Shown piece by piece: positions 62,801 through 64,000 of a DNA stretch of 64,000 bases. The stretch spans positions 7,502,001 through 7,566,000 of the forward strand of contig JBHGNT010000008.1 of NCBI GenBank assembly GCA_043228905.1, read 5' to 3'. Made by a program: the position numbers and the translations under genes. The notes under the pieces are model-generated. The model did no database searches, was not told where the DNA came from, and saw nothing but the letters and a program-made list of their open reading frames with translations. The stretch comes from Azolla caroliniana. Lineage: Eukaryota; Plantae; Polypodiophyta. How positions within the stretch are numbered: the first letter of the stretch is position 1; every line of letters starts with the position of its first letter.

Positions 62801-63344
62801 ATAGAATTCTATGTGAGCAATATCTAACATGAAAGAATTATTCAATTGCTTTGTGATGTTTTACCATTTATTTAGTTATTTTCAAATTTTAAACACATCC
62901 AGATTCTATTTACAGCACTTTTATGTCTTCATTCTTTTTACTCAACTTTATTTCTGTCTTTTTTTTTCCTGTTAGTACTGCGTCATACACCACGAGATTC
63001 AAAATAACAAGATCACTTGTTTTATCTTAGTTTACTTTGTCTCGGGTTGGCTTGTCGTCTCTCAAATGAAGTCCATCCCAGAGCTCGTTGATGGCTGATT
63101 GTCAGGGATGGAAAAAAACTCATGCTTCTGTTTGTTATTTTTATAGGCTGCTGTAAGGCCTCCAACTTTTGTGTTTTTCGTGAGTGACGCAAAACTGTTC
63201 TCAGACATCTACCGCCGTTACATGGAGAAGCAAATACGTGCCAACGTGGGATTTCGTGGTACCCCAATACGTCTGCTCTGGCGGAGCAAGAAGAAAACAG
63301 AGTATGATGGATCAAAAGAAGCTGTAGGAGCTGGCTCCACTTGA
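53897..63344 (+). CDS. der: Plastid-targeted double GTPase Der/EngA; exons 53897-54157, 56924-57007, 57092-57382, 57920-58059, 59295-59382, 60111-60296, 60982-61143, 61978-62171, 62258-62408, 63147-63344 (about 584 aa)
   Basis: Two G domains ([16 protein letters not shown] and [16 protein letters not shown]), KH-like C-terminus ([14 protein letters not shown]), S-rich transit peptide; splice phases are consistent. An extra exon in the 2.8-kb first intron cannot be excluded. Confidence 0.92.
55715..55795 (-). pseudogene. Tcn1-family gag remnant in Der intron 1
   Basis: Translates [26 protein letters not shown], versus E gag [26 protein letters not shown]. Confidence 0.65.
61476..61724. repeat. 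123-bp tandem duplication in a Der intron
   Basis: GCATGTTAACACGCTAAG starts at 61476 and again at 61599. Confidence 0.9.
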
Positions 63345-64000
63345 TTATTATTGGTCACTAATTGAAATGCTCAGAGACTAACAGCAAAATCTCAGTTCGA
63401 TATTGTTAAATTTTTAGCTCAATCTTTTCTTGGAATGTCTCCATCGGGGCATTGCAAATTAATGTTACAATGATGTAAACGACTTGACTCTTTTTATTAA
63501 TCAAGCCCTACTCTTGTGTGGTTTATAAAGAGTCTTTTAGTTTACACCAGATCTGTACAAGTTATGAACATTCATGATTGATGTGATTTTCTCGTGCATG
63601 CATTGAGAAGATATGTGGATACTTGACGAAATTGCATCAAGATGATAAATAGATATATAGGATGCTATATTAGATCATAAAATTGCTTTGGGACTGCTTG
63701 CATGCTTTGTAAGAATAGGAGGGTATGTTTTGTAAATATATTGTTAAACTCAAAAGCATGCAACACGAATCAAATAAGGGTGATGATATAAGAGCAATAA
63801 CATTGGATAATGAGATTTGTTTTAAAATTTTTGAGAGAGAGATTAACATCCATTAGAGGCCAAATTTACTCTATGCAAAACAAATCATGACAACAAATGT
63901 GGGTGAAAATCATTTAATTCATACTAAAACAAAAGGATCTACATTTCCTAAAGATTCATGACAATTATCTTAATGCAAGTGGTGGAAAGATTTTGGAGAT

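Overview
Eukaryotic land-plant DNA, most likely a bryophyte (inferred from the Tcn1-type chromoviruses and RTEX-type LINE). Positions 1-34 kb are a nest of retroelements. A Tcn1-like chromovirus (C, 7248-28620, TSD ATAAC) holds four later insertions: a non-chromovirus Ty3/gypsy element with a long extra 3' ORF (B, 7555-17943), a solo LTR (19078-19556), a young non-autonomous LTR element (D, 20783-23693) and a 5'-truncated RTEX-like LINE (26345-28522). The right half holds a beta-tubulin gene, a hAT-type non-autonomous element with an L1 fragment inside, a second near-intact Tcn1-like element (E, 45941-51608) and a 9-exon plastid Der/EngA GTPase gene. The strongest lead is that B/D-family elements lack a polypurine tract next to the 3' LTR. 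They instead carry a second, opposite-strand tRNA-Arg-type primer-binding site inside a covarying hairpin, which suggests tRNA priming of both cDNA strands. Other leads: a tRNA-like Pol III A/B box in the Tcn1 LTR, a -1 frameshift signal, a chimeric LTR junction at a predicted TSS, and 10-nt 5'UTR microexons in tubulin. All calls were made by eye, with no database searches.
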